Assembly (NCBI GenBank): GCA_963667845.2
Contig: CAXXVL010000001.1
Location: forward strand, 320,001-384,000
Direction of reading: 5' to 3'
Origin: Smithellaceae bacterium
GTDB lineage: Bacteria > Desulfobacterota > Syntrophia > Syntrophales > Smithellaceae
Length of the DNA stretch: 64,000 nucleotides
Under the pieces are notes generated by a model. It saw only the letters and a program-made list of their open reading frames with translations, searched no databases and had not been told where the DNA came from. The position numbers and the translations under genes were made by a program. This document shows positions 19,329-28,196 of the stretch, piece after piece; position 1 is the stretch's first letter, and each line of letters starts with the position of its first letter.

Positions 19329-19411
19329 AGCTGTCGAGGTATGAAATGAACGTCATTATATCGCAGCAAGCGACAGGGAAGTAACGCTCGTCCCGCGTGA
19401 GCGGGATTAAA
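19329..19411 (+). repeat. Dispersed tri-hairpin element, copy 2 (5' truncated)
   Basis: AGCTGTCGAGGTATGAAATGAACGTCATTATATCGCAGCAAGCGACAGGGAAGTAACGCTCGTCCCGCGTGAGCGGGATTAAA. Confidence 0.8.
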
Positions 19412-19458
19412 GGCCGGGCTTCCCTCCGGGATCAATGGGAATCGCCGGGTTTTATTAG

Positions 19459-19487
19459 TTGACAGGCAGCGGCCGTTTCTCTATATT
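19459..19487 (+). promoter_or_regulatory. Sigma-70 promoter of the repeat lipoprotein gene
   Basis: TTGACA-17 nt-TATATT. Confidence 0.6.
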
Positions 19488-19527
19488 GCCGGCAAATGCC
19501 GTCAATCCCCTCCAGGAGGAGTCATCC

Positions 19528-20808
19528 ATGAAAAAAATTGATCAATCACCTCGCAGCAAGCTGTCGAGGTATGAAATGAACGTCACTATTTCGCCAAAAG
19601 CTGCGGAGAATCAACACTCGTCCCGCGTGAGCAGGATCGAAGCTCTGTTTATTGCCATGTTTTTATTATTTTTCATCAGCGGTTGCGTGGTTACGCCCAC
19701 GACGCAGGACAAGCGATACGCAAATGATCGTCCCGTGTATGATAATGACAGGCCGAGAACGTATGATGCCGACGTGAGCGACATCAATCAAAGAATAGCT
19801 CAGATGGATCAGAGAATAGACCAGGGGATGCGCAACGGATCACTCACCCGCGATGAGGGGCGAATGCTGCGCACTGAGCTCAATAAGGTGCGTGACGATG
19901 CGGCCAGAATGAAAAGGGACGGGATTCTGACCCCGCGGGAAAAGGACAGATTGAATGCCGAGCTCGATCGGCTGAGAAGGGATATTTACCGTGAAGCGAA
20001 AGATGATGACCGGCGTCGCGGTCAGCAGGTTGATATTGCGGACATCAACCAGAGAATCGCCGAGATGGATCAGAGAATAGACCAGGGGATGCGCAACGGA
20101 TCACTCACCCGCGATGAGGGGCGAATGCTGCGCACGCAGCTCAATAAGGTGCGTGACGATGCGGCCAGAATGAAAAGGGACGGGATTCTGACCCCGCGGG
20201 AAAAGGACAGACTGAATGCCGAGCTCGATCGGCTGAGAAGAGATATTTACCGTGAAGCGAAAGATGATGACCGGCGTCGCGGTCAGCAGGTTGACATTGC
20301 GGACATCAACCAGAGAATCGCCGAGATGGATCAAAGAATCGATCAGGGAATGCGCAGCGGTGCGCTCACCCGCGACGAGGGGCGGAGGCTGCGCACGGAG
20401 CTCAATAAGGTGCGTGACGATGCAGCCAGAATGAAAAGAGACGGTATTCTGACTCCCCGGGAAAAGGACAGGCTGAATGCCGAGCTGGATCGGCTGAAAA
20501 GAGATATTTACCGTGAAGCGAAAGATGTGGACCGGGGCCGTGGCCAGCAGGTCGACATCAGCGACATCAATCAAAAGATCGGTCAGATGGATCAAAGAAT
20601 CGACCAGGGGATGCGCAGCGGAGCGCTCACCCGCGATGAGGGGCGGATGCTGCGCACGGAACTCAACAAGGTACGTAATGATGCGGCCAGAATGAAAAGG
20701 GACGGGATTCTGACCCCGCGGGAAAAGGATAGACTGAATGCCGAGCTGGAGCGGCTGAAAAAAGACATTTACCGTGAAAAAAGTGACCGGAATAAAAAGA
20801 TCAGGTAG
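19528..20808 (+). CDS. Lipoprotein with four 87-aa helical tandem repeats
   Basis: AGGAGG RBS and ATG 19528; lipobox ISG-C; repeats DINQRIAxMDQRIDQGMRxGxLTRDEGRxLRTELNKVRDDAARMKRDGILTPREKDRLNAELDRL. Confidence 0.8.
   Translation: MKKIDQSPRSKLSRYEMNVTISPKAAENQHSSRVSRIEALFIAMFLLFFISGCVVTPTTQDKRYANDRPVYDNDRPRTYDADVSDINQRIAQMDQRIDQGMRNGSLTRDEGRMLRTELNKVRDDAARMKRDGILTPREKDRLNAELDRLRRDIYREAKDDDRRRGQQVDIADINQRIAEMDQRIDQGMRNGSLTRDEGRMLRTQLNKVRDDAARMKRDGILTPREKDRLNAELDRLRRDIYREAKDDDRRRGQQVDIADINQRIAEMDQRIDQGMRSGALTRDEGRRLRTELNKVRDDAARMKRDGILTPREKDRLNAELDRLKRDIYREAKDVDRGRGQQVDISDINQKIGQMDQRIDQGMRSGALTRDEGRMLRTELNKVRNDAARMKRDGILTPREKDRLNAELERLKKDIYREKSDRNKKIR
19542..19641 (+). repeat. Dispersed tri-hairpin element, copy 3, inserted in frame in the lipoprotein signal peptide
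   Basis: TCAATCACCTCGCAGCAAGCTGTCGAGGTATGAAATGAACGTCACTATTTCGCCAAAAGCTGCGGAGAATCAACACTCGTCCCGCGTGAGCAGGATCGAA. Confidence 0.8.
19780..20790 (+). repeat. Four 261-bp coding tandem repeats
   Basis: GACATCAA unit starts at 19780, 20041, 20302 and 20563 (period 261). Confidence 0.9.
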
Positions 20809-20846
20809 TCATTCTCGCTGACCGGCAAACAAAGTTCCAGTGATAG

Positions 20847-20883
20847 AGGGCAGATCCACGCAAAGACGGATCTGCCCTTTTTT
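20847..20883 (+). terminator. Intrinsic terminator
   Basis: AGGGCAGATCC-loop-GGATCTGCCCT followed by a T run. Confidence 0.75.
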
Positions 20884-20917
20884 AACTTATCTCTCAGGGT
20901 TTGACCTGATTATTCTC

Positions 20918-22087
20918 ATGATCAAGAATCCGCTGGCAATCGTTACTCTTCTTATAGCCGTTGAAGCGCTCATTCTTTATTTAAGCGAGCAAAAGCGCCT
21001 GTCCAGGTTCTTCGATATCATCTCTCCGATCTTCTGGATCTATTTTCTGCCCATGCTCGCTGCGACGCTAGGAATCATTGATTCCAAAGCGCCGGTTCTG
21101 GGGCAGATCACCAAATACATTTTACCAGGATGCCTTCTGCTGCTGCTCATGAACGTGGATGTGCCGGCCATTATGAAGCTGGGAGGCCGGGCGCTGGCCA
21201 TGTTTTTTATCGGCAGCGCCGGTATTATTATAGGGAGTGTGATCAGCTTTCTTTTGTTTCGGGAATCCGTCGGCAGTCAATTCTGGGGTGGGTTCGGAGC
21301 GCTTTCGGCCTCCTGGACCGGCGGCAGCGCCAATATGATTGCGGTCAAGGAGGCGCTGTCTGTTCCTGATGCGGTCTTTTCGCCGATGGTTGTCGTCGAT
21401 ACGGTTGTTCCGTATTTGTGGATGGGGATTCTGATTGCGGGCGTGCGCTGGCAGCGCCGGTTCGACATCTGGAACAAGTCCGATCATACGGTCATTGACG
21501 ATCTTCATCGGCGGACCGTGTCCGGGAAGACCCCGGTCCCGCACTTCAGTCCGGGCATGATCATGGTATTATTGATCATTGCAGCATCCGGAAGCCTGTT
21601 GTCGCTTGTGTTAGCCGGTTTATTGCCGCTTGCCGATCATTTATTTTCTGCCTACGCGTGGACCATCATCATCGTGACGGTCATCGGGCTCGCTTTGTCC
21701 TTTACGCCGGCCCGCCGGCTGGAGTCTTTCGGTTCGTCCAGACTGGGCAGTCTCCTTTTGTATTTTGTGCTGACGGCGATCGGCGCCAAAGCGGCGCTCG
21801 TCGACATGAGCTCGGCTGCGATTTTGATTTCAGCAGGCCTCGTGATTATCCTCGTACATGCCGTCGTCCTGCTGGCCGCAGCCCGCTTATTCAAGGCGCC
21901 GCTCTTTCTGGTGGCCGCGGCAAGCCAGGCCAATATCGGCGGAGTGGCCTCCGCCCCGGTTGTTGCAGCCGTTTACGAACCCGGACTGGCTTCGGTGGGG
22001 CTCCTGTTGGCTATCCTGGGAAATATTGTCGGGACGTATTTGGGGATTGTCTGCGCACATCTCTGCCGAGTGCTGGGGGGCGTTTGA
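20918..22087 (+). CDS. DUF819 family membrane protein
   Basis: SASWTGGSANMIA and ASQANIGGVASAP motifs; multiple TM. Confidence 0.85.
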   Translation: MIKNPLAIVTLLIAVEALILYLSEQKRLSRFFDIISPIFWIYFLPMLAATLGIIDSKAPVLGQITKYILPGCLLLLLMNVDVPAIMKLGGRALAMFFIGSAGIIIGSVISFLLFRESVGSQFWGGFGALSASWTGGSANMIAVKEALSVPDAVFSPMVVVDTVVPYLWMGILIAGVRWQRRFDIWNKSDHTVIDDLHRRTVSGKTPVPHFSPGMIMVLLIIAASGSLLSLVLAGLLPLADHLFSAYAWTIIIVTVIGLALSFTPARRLESFGSSRLGSLLLYFVLTAIGAKAALVDMSSAAILISAGLVIILVHAVVLLAAARLFKAPLFLVAAASQANIGGVASAPVVAAVYEPGLASVGLLLAILGNIVGTYLGIVCAHLCRVLGGV

Positions 22088-22516
22088 TAATCACCCGTCT
22101 GCGTTGTTGCGCTCCGGGCGGAAATGCTCACCTATGAGACAATAGGCTCCGCTTTCCGTCCTCGCGCGCCTAGCATCCGGGCAATTCTTAAGCGCCCCCC
22201 GGATAATCACGTGTCTGCGTCGTTGCGCTCCGGTGCTCACGTATTATCATATACGCTCCGCTCCTCGCGCTCGCGACGCCTTGCATCTAACCGTTTCTGA
22301 AACGCCCCACGGAAGATTGAAAATATTTCTGTTGTTGCGCTCCGGGCGGAAATGCCCACCTATCAGGCTATAGGCTCCGCTTTCCGTCCTCGCGCCCGCC
22401 TGGCATCCGGGCAATTCTTAAGCGCCCCCGAATAACCATGTGTCTGCCTTATTGCGCTCCGGGCAGAAATGCTCACCTATGAGACAATAGGTTCCGCTTT
22501 TCGTCCTCGCGCGCCT
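22075..22516. repeat. Tandem array of four ~110-125-bp structured MITE/REP-like units
   Basis: Repeated core TTGCGCTCCGG...TGCTCAC-CTAT-N6-ATAG-GCTCCGCT...CTCGCGC...GCATC; units at about 22075-22200, 22201-22308, 22329-22429 and 22430-22516. Confidence 0.85.
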
Positions 22517-22543
22517 CGCGGCTGCCCGGCTCAGTGTCGGATT

Positions 22544-23410
22544 CTACGAAGCTTCCGGCAGTTCCTGCGTTTTCCTTCGGAAGGCGAACAATTTTGAAAA
22601 AGGAAAGAAATAAATCACAAGGGCGGCATAAAGAATATACTGGTTGAGACCTCCGGCGCCCATAAAGGCGATGATGAAAATCATGAGGTGCATTTTGATG
22701 ACGTTCTTATAGGGATTGAGAAATATGTCCCCTTTCTTGCCGGTCACGGTATTCTTAATATCGCTGAAGCTCGCTACGGCGCTGGTCACAATAAAAGGCC
22801 AGTAAGAAATGATACAGACGGAAATAAAGGTGAGAAACATTCCGAAGGTGCCTTCTATGCTCTTCCCGAAAGGGTTGTCACCGGTCAGCGGGAAGAATCC
22901 GTTAAGAAAAATACTGTGAACAAAATGGAAGCCGCCGAAATGGATCGTAAAGAAACAAAGAAGAAACGCTGTTCCCGGCAGGTTGATCAGCGCATTCATC
23001 GCGAATCTTGCGGCAGGACTTTCCGGCTCGCCTGACCGGTATCTCATCACGGCGAGCCCGATGCTCAACCCGGCAAAAAGCGCATAGATCAGGGTGATGA
23101 GCGAAAACCCGAAAAATCCGGCGATCGGCAGAAGAAAAAAAGCAGCCATCACCGCGCCGGGGCTCTGCAATTTCTTCTTATCGGGATTTGCTCGGGCAGC
23201 GTCTTTTCCGGAGAAGGTATTATCGGCCATTCCTCCCGAAATGAGGTTCCGTCCGATCCCCGCGAGGATTGAGCAGTAGCCCACCGTCAGGCTGGATATC
23301 CACAAACTCCAGAGCAGATCCCTGGCCGTCCAGCCGTAGTAAACGGACAGGACGACCGTAATGGCGAACAAAGCGATTTCCACCAGAAAAGAAGAAAAAT
23401 AGGAAAGCAA
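22544..23410 (-). CDS. Membrane protein (DUF6498-like)
   Basis: GWTARDLLWSLW, FFTIHFGGFHFVH, PYKNVIKMHL motifs; multiple TM. Confidence 0.7.
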   Translation of the reverse strand: MLSYFSSFLVEIALFAITVVLSVYYGWTARDLLWSLWISSLTVGYCSILAGIGRNLISGGMADNTFSGKDAARANPDKKKLQSPGAVMAAFFLLPIAGFFGFSLITLIYALFAGLSIGLAVMRYRSGEPESPAARFAMNALINLPGTAFLLCFFTIHFGGFHFVHSIFLNGFFPLTGDNPFGKSIEGTFGMFLTFISVCIISYWPFIVTSAVASFSDIKNTVTGKKGDIFLNPYKNVIKMHLMIFIIAFMGAGGLNQYILYAALVIYFFPFSKLFAFRRKTQELPEAS

Positions 23411-23605
23411 GTGATTGTCCTTGAACCCGTATTTATTGCCGCCAATGCCTGGCAGCGCACCAATTCTTCTTTTGATCCCGCGAGCGGTTTCTTCAGGATA
23501 CGTATTCCGGGAGTGTTGAAAACCTCATGCTCTTCCAGCTTTCGCCCCGGCAAAACAACCTGCTGCAAAGCGGCATCGTGAATGAGAAATTCTTTTTGGT
23601 AGTGC

Positions 23606-23635
23606 AGTATAGAAAAGCGCGGTCTTGTCTGTCAA
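23606..23635 (-). promoter_or_regulatory. Sigma-70 promoter (leftward)
   Basis: TTGACA-18 nt-TATACT on the minus strand. Confidence 0.55.
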
Positions 23636-23675
23636 GCAATCTTTGGCCCGAGGCGCCCCCTTTGCCAATATTTAA

Positions 23676-23704
23676 TTGACATATAAAACAGGACTTCCTA
23701 TAGT
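23676..23704 (+). promoter_or_regulatory. Sigma-70 promoter of corA
   Basis: TTGACA-17 nt-TATAGT. Confidence 0.6.
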
Positions 23705-23767
23705 TCGAGGAACCGGAAGCAAAGTCTTATCAAAGTGCTCCGACATCCGGAGCCAACGGAGACCGAC

Positions 23768-24772
23768 ATGTCCGAATCACAATTTTATCATATTTCGCAG
23801 AAGGGAAAGTTCACAAGCGTCCGAACAGTTGACGAAGCTGTGGCTGCCGCAAAAAACGGCGGCTTTCTGTGGTTGAATTACTGCGAGCCGAAGAAAGAGG
23901 AACTCTCTCCCCTCATCGGCCTTCTCGACCTCCATCCGCTTTCTATTGAGGATTGTCTGGACGAAGACCAGATTCCCAAGATAGAAGATTTTCCCAGAAA
24001 TACGTTTCTGATCTTCAACGCCTTTGACTATTCAACCCAAAAACTTTCGATCAGCGAAATTGATATTTTTATCGGCGACAATTTTCTGGTCACCGTCAGC
24101 GAACGCACTGCCGACAATCGCAAAGTTCTGGACGGCATTGAGCACATCGTGGAGACGGACGTCGAGAGCGTCCGGTACGGACCGGCCTTCCTGATGCACT
24201 CCATTCTGGACTATGTCGTCGACCGGAAGTTTCTGGCCATCGAAGCGCTGGAAGATGAACTGGATTCCCAGGAAGAAACCATGCTGAACCAAGTCTCAAC
24301 CTTTAACCCTGCCGATCTGATCCGCTTGCGCCGCGATCTGCTGAACCTCCGCAAGAGTCTTTTCCATGAGCGGGAGATCCTCGTCAAGATCTGCCGCAAG
24401 GATTGTCCCTTCATTCCGGAAAGAGCGATTTTTCACTATCGGGACATCTACGACCATCTGGCAAAATTCTTCGAGCTGACCGAGTCCTACCGTGAAATCG
24501 TCACGAGTCTCATGGAAATGTATCTGTCGATGCTGAACAACAAGATGACGATAGCCGCCAACCAGACAAACAAATCCGTCCGGCGGCTGACCTTCATCAC
24601 CACGATCTTTATGCCGCTGACGCTGCTTGCCGGAATCGGCGGCATGTCCGAGTGGTCTATGATGACGGGACCGGCGAACTGGAAGATCGCCTATCCGGCT
24701 TTTCTTTTGGGCCTGGCGGTAATCGGCTTTGCCAATTACTGTCTGCTCAAATGGTTTGAAAGGAAGAAATAA
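23768..24772 (+). CDS. corA: CorA-family Mg2+/Co2+ transporter (GMS in place of GMN)
   Basis: LHPLSIEDC, PKIE, YRDIYDHL, LTFITTIFMPLTLLAGIGGMS. Confidence 0.88.
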   Translation: MSESQFYHISQKGKFTSVRTVDEAVAAAKNGGFLWLNYCEPKKEELSPLIGLLDLHPLSIEDCLDEDQIPKIEDFPRNTFLIFNAFDYSTQKLSISEIDIFIGDNFLVTVSERTADNRKVLDGIEHIVETDVESVRYGPAFLMHSILDYVVDRKFLAIEALEDELDSQEETMLNQVSTFNPADLIRLRRDLLNLRKSLFHEREILVKICRKDCPFIPERAIFHYRDIYDHLAKFFELTESYREIVTSLMEMYLSMLNNKMTIAANQTNKSVRRLTFITTIFMPLTLLAGIGGMSEWSMMTGPANWKIAYPAFLLGLAVIGFANYCLLKWFERKK

Positions 24773-24795
24773 TAACGGAACCGCAGCACCGGAAA

Positions 24796-24856
24796 TCAAC
24801 CACCTCGCAGCAAGCTGCGGAGAATTAACGCTCGTCCCGCGTGAGCGGGAGTCAAA
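24796..24856 (+). repeat. Dispersed tri-hairpin element, copy 4 (internally deleted)
   Basis: TCAACCACCTCGCAGCAAGCTGCGGAGAATTAACGCTCGTCCCGCGTGAGCGGGAGTCAAA; first and second hairpins collapsed into one. Confidence 0.8.
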
Positions 24857-24934
24857 GTGCGGAAAAAAGACGATGAGGGGCGTGTATAGAAATCTCCGGT
24901 ATTAAGAGGCGCGGCCCTGTCGGTTTCCCGAGGA

Positions 24935-25747
24935 ATGGCTATGGAAGAATTAATTGCAAAAGCGGCCAGGCAGTTGATCAAATGCCGATATGCCATCGCG
25001 TTGACGGGAGCGGGCATGTCCACCGAATCGGGTATCCCTGATTTTCGGGGACCTAACGGCATCTGGACCAAAAACCCCGACGCCGAAAGGCAGGCCTATC
25101 AGAGTTATTACAAGTTCCAGCAAAACCCCAGAGCATACTGGATCGAGCGAATGACCGGGACGTCGTGGCTCACGGATTTGACCAATGCCCGCCCGAATCC
25201 GGGGCATCGCGCCCTGGCCGAATTGGAGAAGATGGCCATCCTGAAAGGCATTGTCACGCAGAACATCGACAACCTGCACCAGAAGGCAGGCAGCCTGCGG
25301 GTTGTGGATTACCATGGAAATATTTCATTGCTGCGCTGTTATTCTTGCGATTCCCGGTTTGATCCGGCCGAATACGACCTCCCGCGGCTCTTGGCGGAAG
25401 ATCGGTTGCCGCCTTACTGCCGGAAATGCAACGGCGTGCTCAAGTCGGATGTCGTCCATTTTAATGAGGCCATCCCCGAGGATGTGGCCCGGGAGAGCCA
25501 GGAGGAAGTGGAAAGATGCGATCTGATGCTGATCTGCGGGACGTCGGCGGTCGTTTATCCTTTTGCCATGCTGCCCCGGATGGCTAAACACAAGCCGCAT
25601 AAGGGGAAGACAACAATCATTGAGATCAACGCCGATGCCACGCCGCTGACGAGCGAAGGCGTATCGGATTATCTCATCTTGGGGAAAACGGGCACGATCC
25701 TGCCGAAAATCGTGGAAGAGATTAAGAAGCAGATTTCTGCAAAGTAA
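24935..25747 (+). CDS. cobB: NAD-dependent protein deacylase (sirtuin)
   Basis: TGAGMSTESGIPDFRG, TQNIDNLH, two CxxC, GTSAVVYP, EIN. Confidence 0.9.
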   Translation: MAMEELIAKAARQLIKCRYAIALTGAGMSTESGIPDFRGPNGIWTKNPDAERQAYQSYYKFQQNPRAYWIERMTGTSWLTDLTNARPNPGHRALAELEKMAILKGIVTQNIDNLHQKAGSLRVVDYHGNISLLRCYSCDSRFDPAEYDLPRLLAEDRLPPYCRKCNGVLKSDVVHFNEAIPEDVARESQEEVERCDLMLICGTSAVVYPFAMLPRMAKHKPHKGKTTIIEINADATPLTSEGVSDYLILGKTGTILPKIVEEIKKQISAK

Positions 25748-25839
25748 AGAATGGCACGCCCCAAAGCAATTGCTGCATGCTTTACCTCAAACGCGGCAGA
25801 TGGCTGCAAACCTAATGTGAAAGGGAAAGGAGAACGAAA

Positions 25840-26496
25840 ATGAAAAAACTGTACAGAGAATTTGTGAAAAAAAGCGCTGTCTTTTTTGGCGGCACTCTCG
25901 TCATCCTTTTATGTTTGCCGGGACCGCTTTTTTCTCAGACGATTATTGACGAGTGGAACACGGTGAAGGCGCCGCCGGCGCCCGAGCTGAAAACGGTCAC
26001 GATCGATCCCGCCGCAACCGCACTGCTTCTTCTCGATTTCAACAAACAAACCTGCAACGAAAAAGTCCGCCCCCGCTGCATCCATTCCATCCCCGCCATG
26101 GCGGGATTTCTGGCAAAAGCCCGTGAAAAAGGCGTGAAGGTGATTTACAGCCTCTCCCCCGGCGCATCCGTGGCCGACATCGCAAAGGAACTGGCGCCGG
26201 CGGCAGGTGAACCGGTTGTGACTTCCGGACCGGATAAATTCTTCGGGACGGATCTCGAGAACATCATCAAAGAAAAAGGCATAAAGACGGTGATCGTTAC
26301 GGGTACGGCGGCGCACGGCGCTGTTCTCTATACCGCCAGCGGCGCGGCTCTGCGGGGCATCAAAGTGCTGGTGGCCGTTGACGGCGTGTCGGCTGAAAAT
26401 ACTTATGCCGAGCAATACACGGCGTGGCATCTGATAACTGCCCCCCGGGTCTCGGCCCAGGTGACACTCACCAAAACGGCGTTAATTAACTTCTGA
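25840..26496 (+). CDS. Exported isochorismatase-like (cysteine hydrolase fold) protein
   Basis: TALLLLD, FFGTDLE...GIKTVIVTG...VLYTA...RG; N-terminal signal-like segment. Confidence 0.75.
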   Translation: MKKLYREFVKKSAVFFGGTLVILLCLPGPLFSQTIIDEWNTVKAPPAPELKTVTIDPAATALLLLDFNKQTCNEKVRPRCIHSIPAMAGFLAKAREKGVKVIYSLSPGASVADIAKELAPAAGEPVVTSGPDKFFGTDLENIIKEKGIKTVIVTGTAAHGAVLYTASGAALRGIKVLVAVDGVSAENTYAEQYTAWHLITAPRVSAQVTLTKTALINF

Positions 26497-26700
26497 ATAA
26501 CGGAGGGGACAGCGCCCCATTTCCCGGGATCAAAAGAAATGTCCTTTGTGGCGTTTACGGCGCCGGCATTGCTTTTTTGTAATCCGGATCACACAAAATT
26601 GTGGTGGACAAGGCATCGGTGATGATCGTGATTTAAGCCCGTCGGATTCAGGCCGGACGCCGACCTTTGTGAGATCGGCATCCGGGCCTGGAAAGGTTTC

Positions 26701-27471
26701 TTAACCGATATACCGCTCCTGCTCTTTGCGCATGACCTTGAGCCAGCGGTCATGGTTATTGGCCCGGGCCTTGAAATATTCCAGAATTTCCGGATGCGGC
26801 AGAATAAAGAACTCTTCTCTGTCCAGAGCGCCAACGACAAAATCGGCACACTGTTCGGCCGTAATGGCCGTTTTCAGGATGTACTTTCCGACGCCTTCCG
26901 AATCCGCCGGAAGCATTCCCGAGATGACGCCGAAAGGACAAAGGCAACTGATCTTGATGCCCTGGCGGGCATGGGCGATCGACAAATATTCCGCAAACGC
27001 CACGGCGGCATGTTTGGTGACAGCGTAAGGCGCCTGACCCGGCGTTGTGAGTAACCCTCCGGCCGAGGCGGTATTGAGCAGGTATCCGCCGCCGCGCTCA
27101 ATCATGGATGGCAGCACGGCGCGGGCCGCAAAGACGTGGGCCATGACATGGATATCCCAGGAGCGCTGCCATACCTCATCCGGTGCCTCGGCACCGCCCG
27201 CCGCAGGAATCCCGGCATTCGAACAGAACAGATCGATCGGGCCGTACTTCGCGGTGGCCGCTTCCACCACTTTTTTGATGTCCGCCTCTTTGCTGACATC
27301 CGCCGCGACGGCGAGGCCGCCGATGTCCGCGGCCACTTTAGCCGCGCCTTCGGCGTTATAATCGGAAACCACAATCCCTTTGGGACCCTCGGCAGCAAAC
27401 CGATAACACAACCCCCGGCCGATTCCGGAAGCCGCGCCCGTGACCACCACAACTTTATCTTTGATCTTCAT
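26701..27471 (-). CDS. Short-chain dehydrogenase/reductase
   Basis: TGAASGIG, SNAG, YAVTK. Confidence 0.92.
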   Translation of the reverse strand: MKIKDKVVVVTGAASGIGRGLCYRFAAEGPKGIVVSDYNAEGAAKVAADIGGLAVAADVSKEADIKKVVEAATAKYGPIDLFCSNAGIPAAGGAEAPDEVWQRSWDIHVMAHVFAARAVLPSMIERGGGYLLNTASAGGLLTTPGQAPYAVTKHAAVAFAEYLSIAHARQGIKISCLCPFGVISGMLPADSEGVGKYILKTAITAEQCADFVVGALDREEFFILPHPEILEYFKARANNHDRWLKVMRKEQERYIG

Positions 27472-27722
27472 AAAATCTCCTTCGATTTAGAATAGCGTAA
27501 AATTTTTTGCCTGCATCTGAATAGCGGGAAGATGCCCAAAATGCAAATATAAAAAGATCGAAAAGAAGATTGACCGGAGCGGTCATTTTCAGGCGGGGGC
27601 AGCGAAGAAACAAAAGCCGCAAGACCAGGGACCCGGGTAAAAGGGCTGACTGTTCATCACAGCAGTGAGGTCATCCGTCGGCAGTGACAACCGGAATCTT
27701 GACGGCGCCTCCGCCGCCGGGT

Positions 27723-28166
27723 TCAGGCTTTCCGTTTCTGAAAACTGTAGTAAAGACGTGAGCCGCCGAAAAGCAGAAACACCGCTCCCATAACCAGCAT
27801 GAAAAACGCCCAGGCCAGGGATGAACTGGGTTCGTACATGGGAATATGGCGATCGGGCTTAGACGAATCGTACCGGATTTCCAGAGTGTCGTTGACCTGA
27901 AATGAGTCCCATTGCTGCTTGGATACTGTGCCGCTGGCAATGATTTTACTGCCGGTCGCAGGCAAAAATGAATAGTCCAGATAGTATTTGGTATTGCCAT
28001 CGGCTGTTTTCTGAAAATGCTTTTTTGTTACATAGGCACTGGTGTGCCCGCTGTAATCTTTCAGTCGCTTATAGTCTGAATAGGACCCCCAGGTTCCCGC
28101 CAGTAAAAAACATCCTATACCGATAAAGATCAGACCCACAATAAAACCGGAAAAGGAAATTTTCAA
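27723..28166 (-). CDS. DUF3592-like membrane protein
   Basis: TM, beta-rich domain (LEIRYDSSKP), TM; TTG start 7 nt after GGAGGT. Confidence 0.7.
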   Translation of the reverse strand: MKISFSGFIVGLIFIGIGCFLLAGTWGSYSDYKRLKDYSGHTSAYVTKKHFQKTADGNTKYYLDYSFLPATGSKIIASGTVSKQQWDSFQVNDTLEIRYDSSKPDRHIPMYEPSSSLAWAFFMLVMGAVFLLFGGSRLYYSFQKRKA

Positions 28167-28196
28167 TTTTCATACCTCCGACCTTATTTTTATTCT

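Noticed and set aside
19780..20790. CRISPR or non-coding repeat array
   Set aside because: The period is 261 bp (a multiple of 3) inside an open frame with mostly synonymous variation, so it is a protein repeat.
22075..22516. CRISPR array
   Set aside because: Units are about 120 bp and degenerate, lack unique 30-40-nt spacers, and no cas genes are present.
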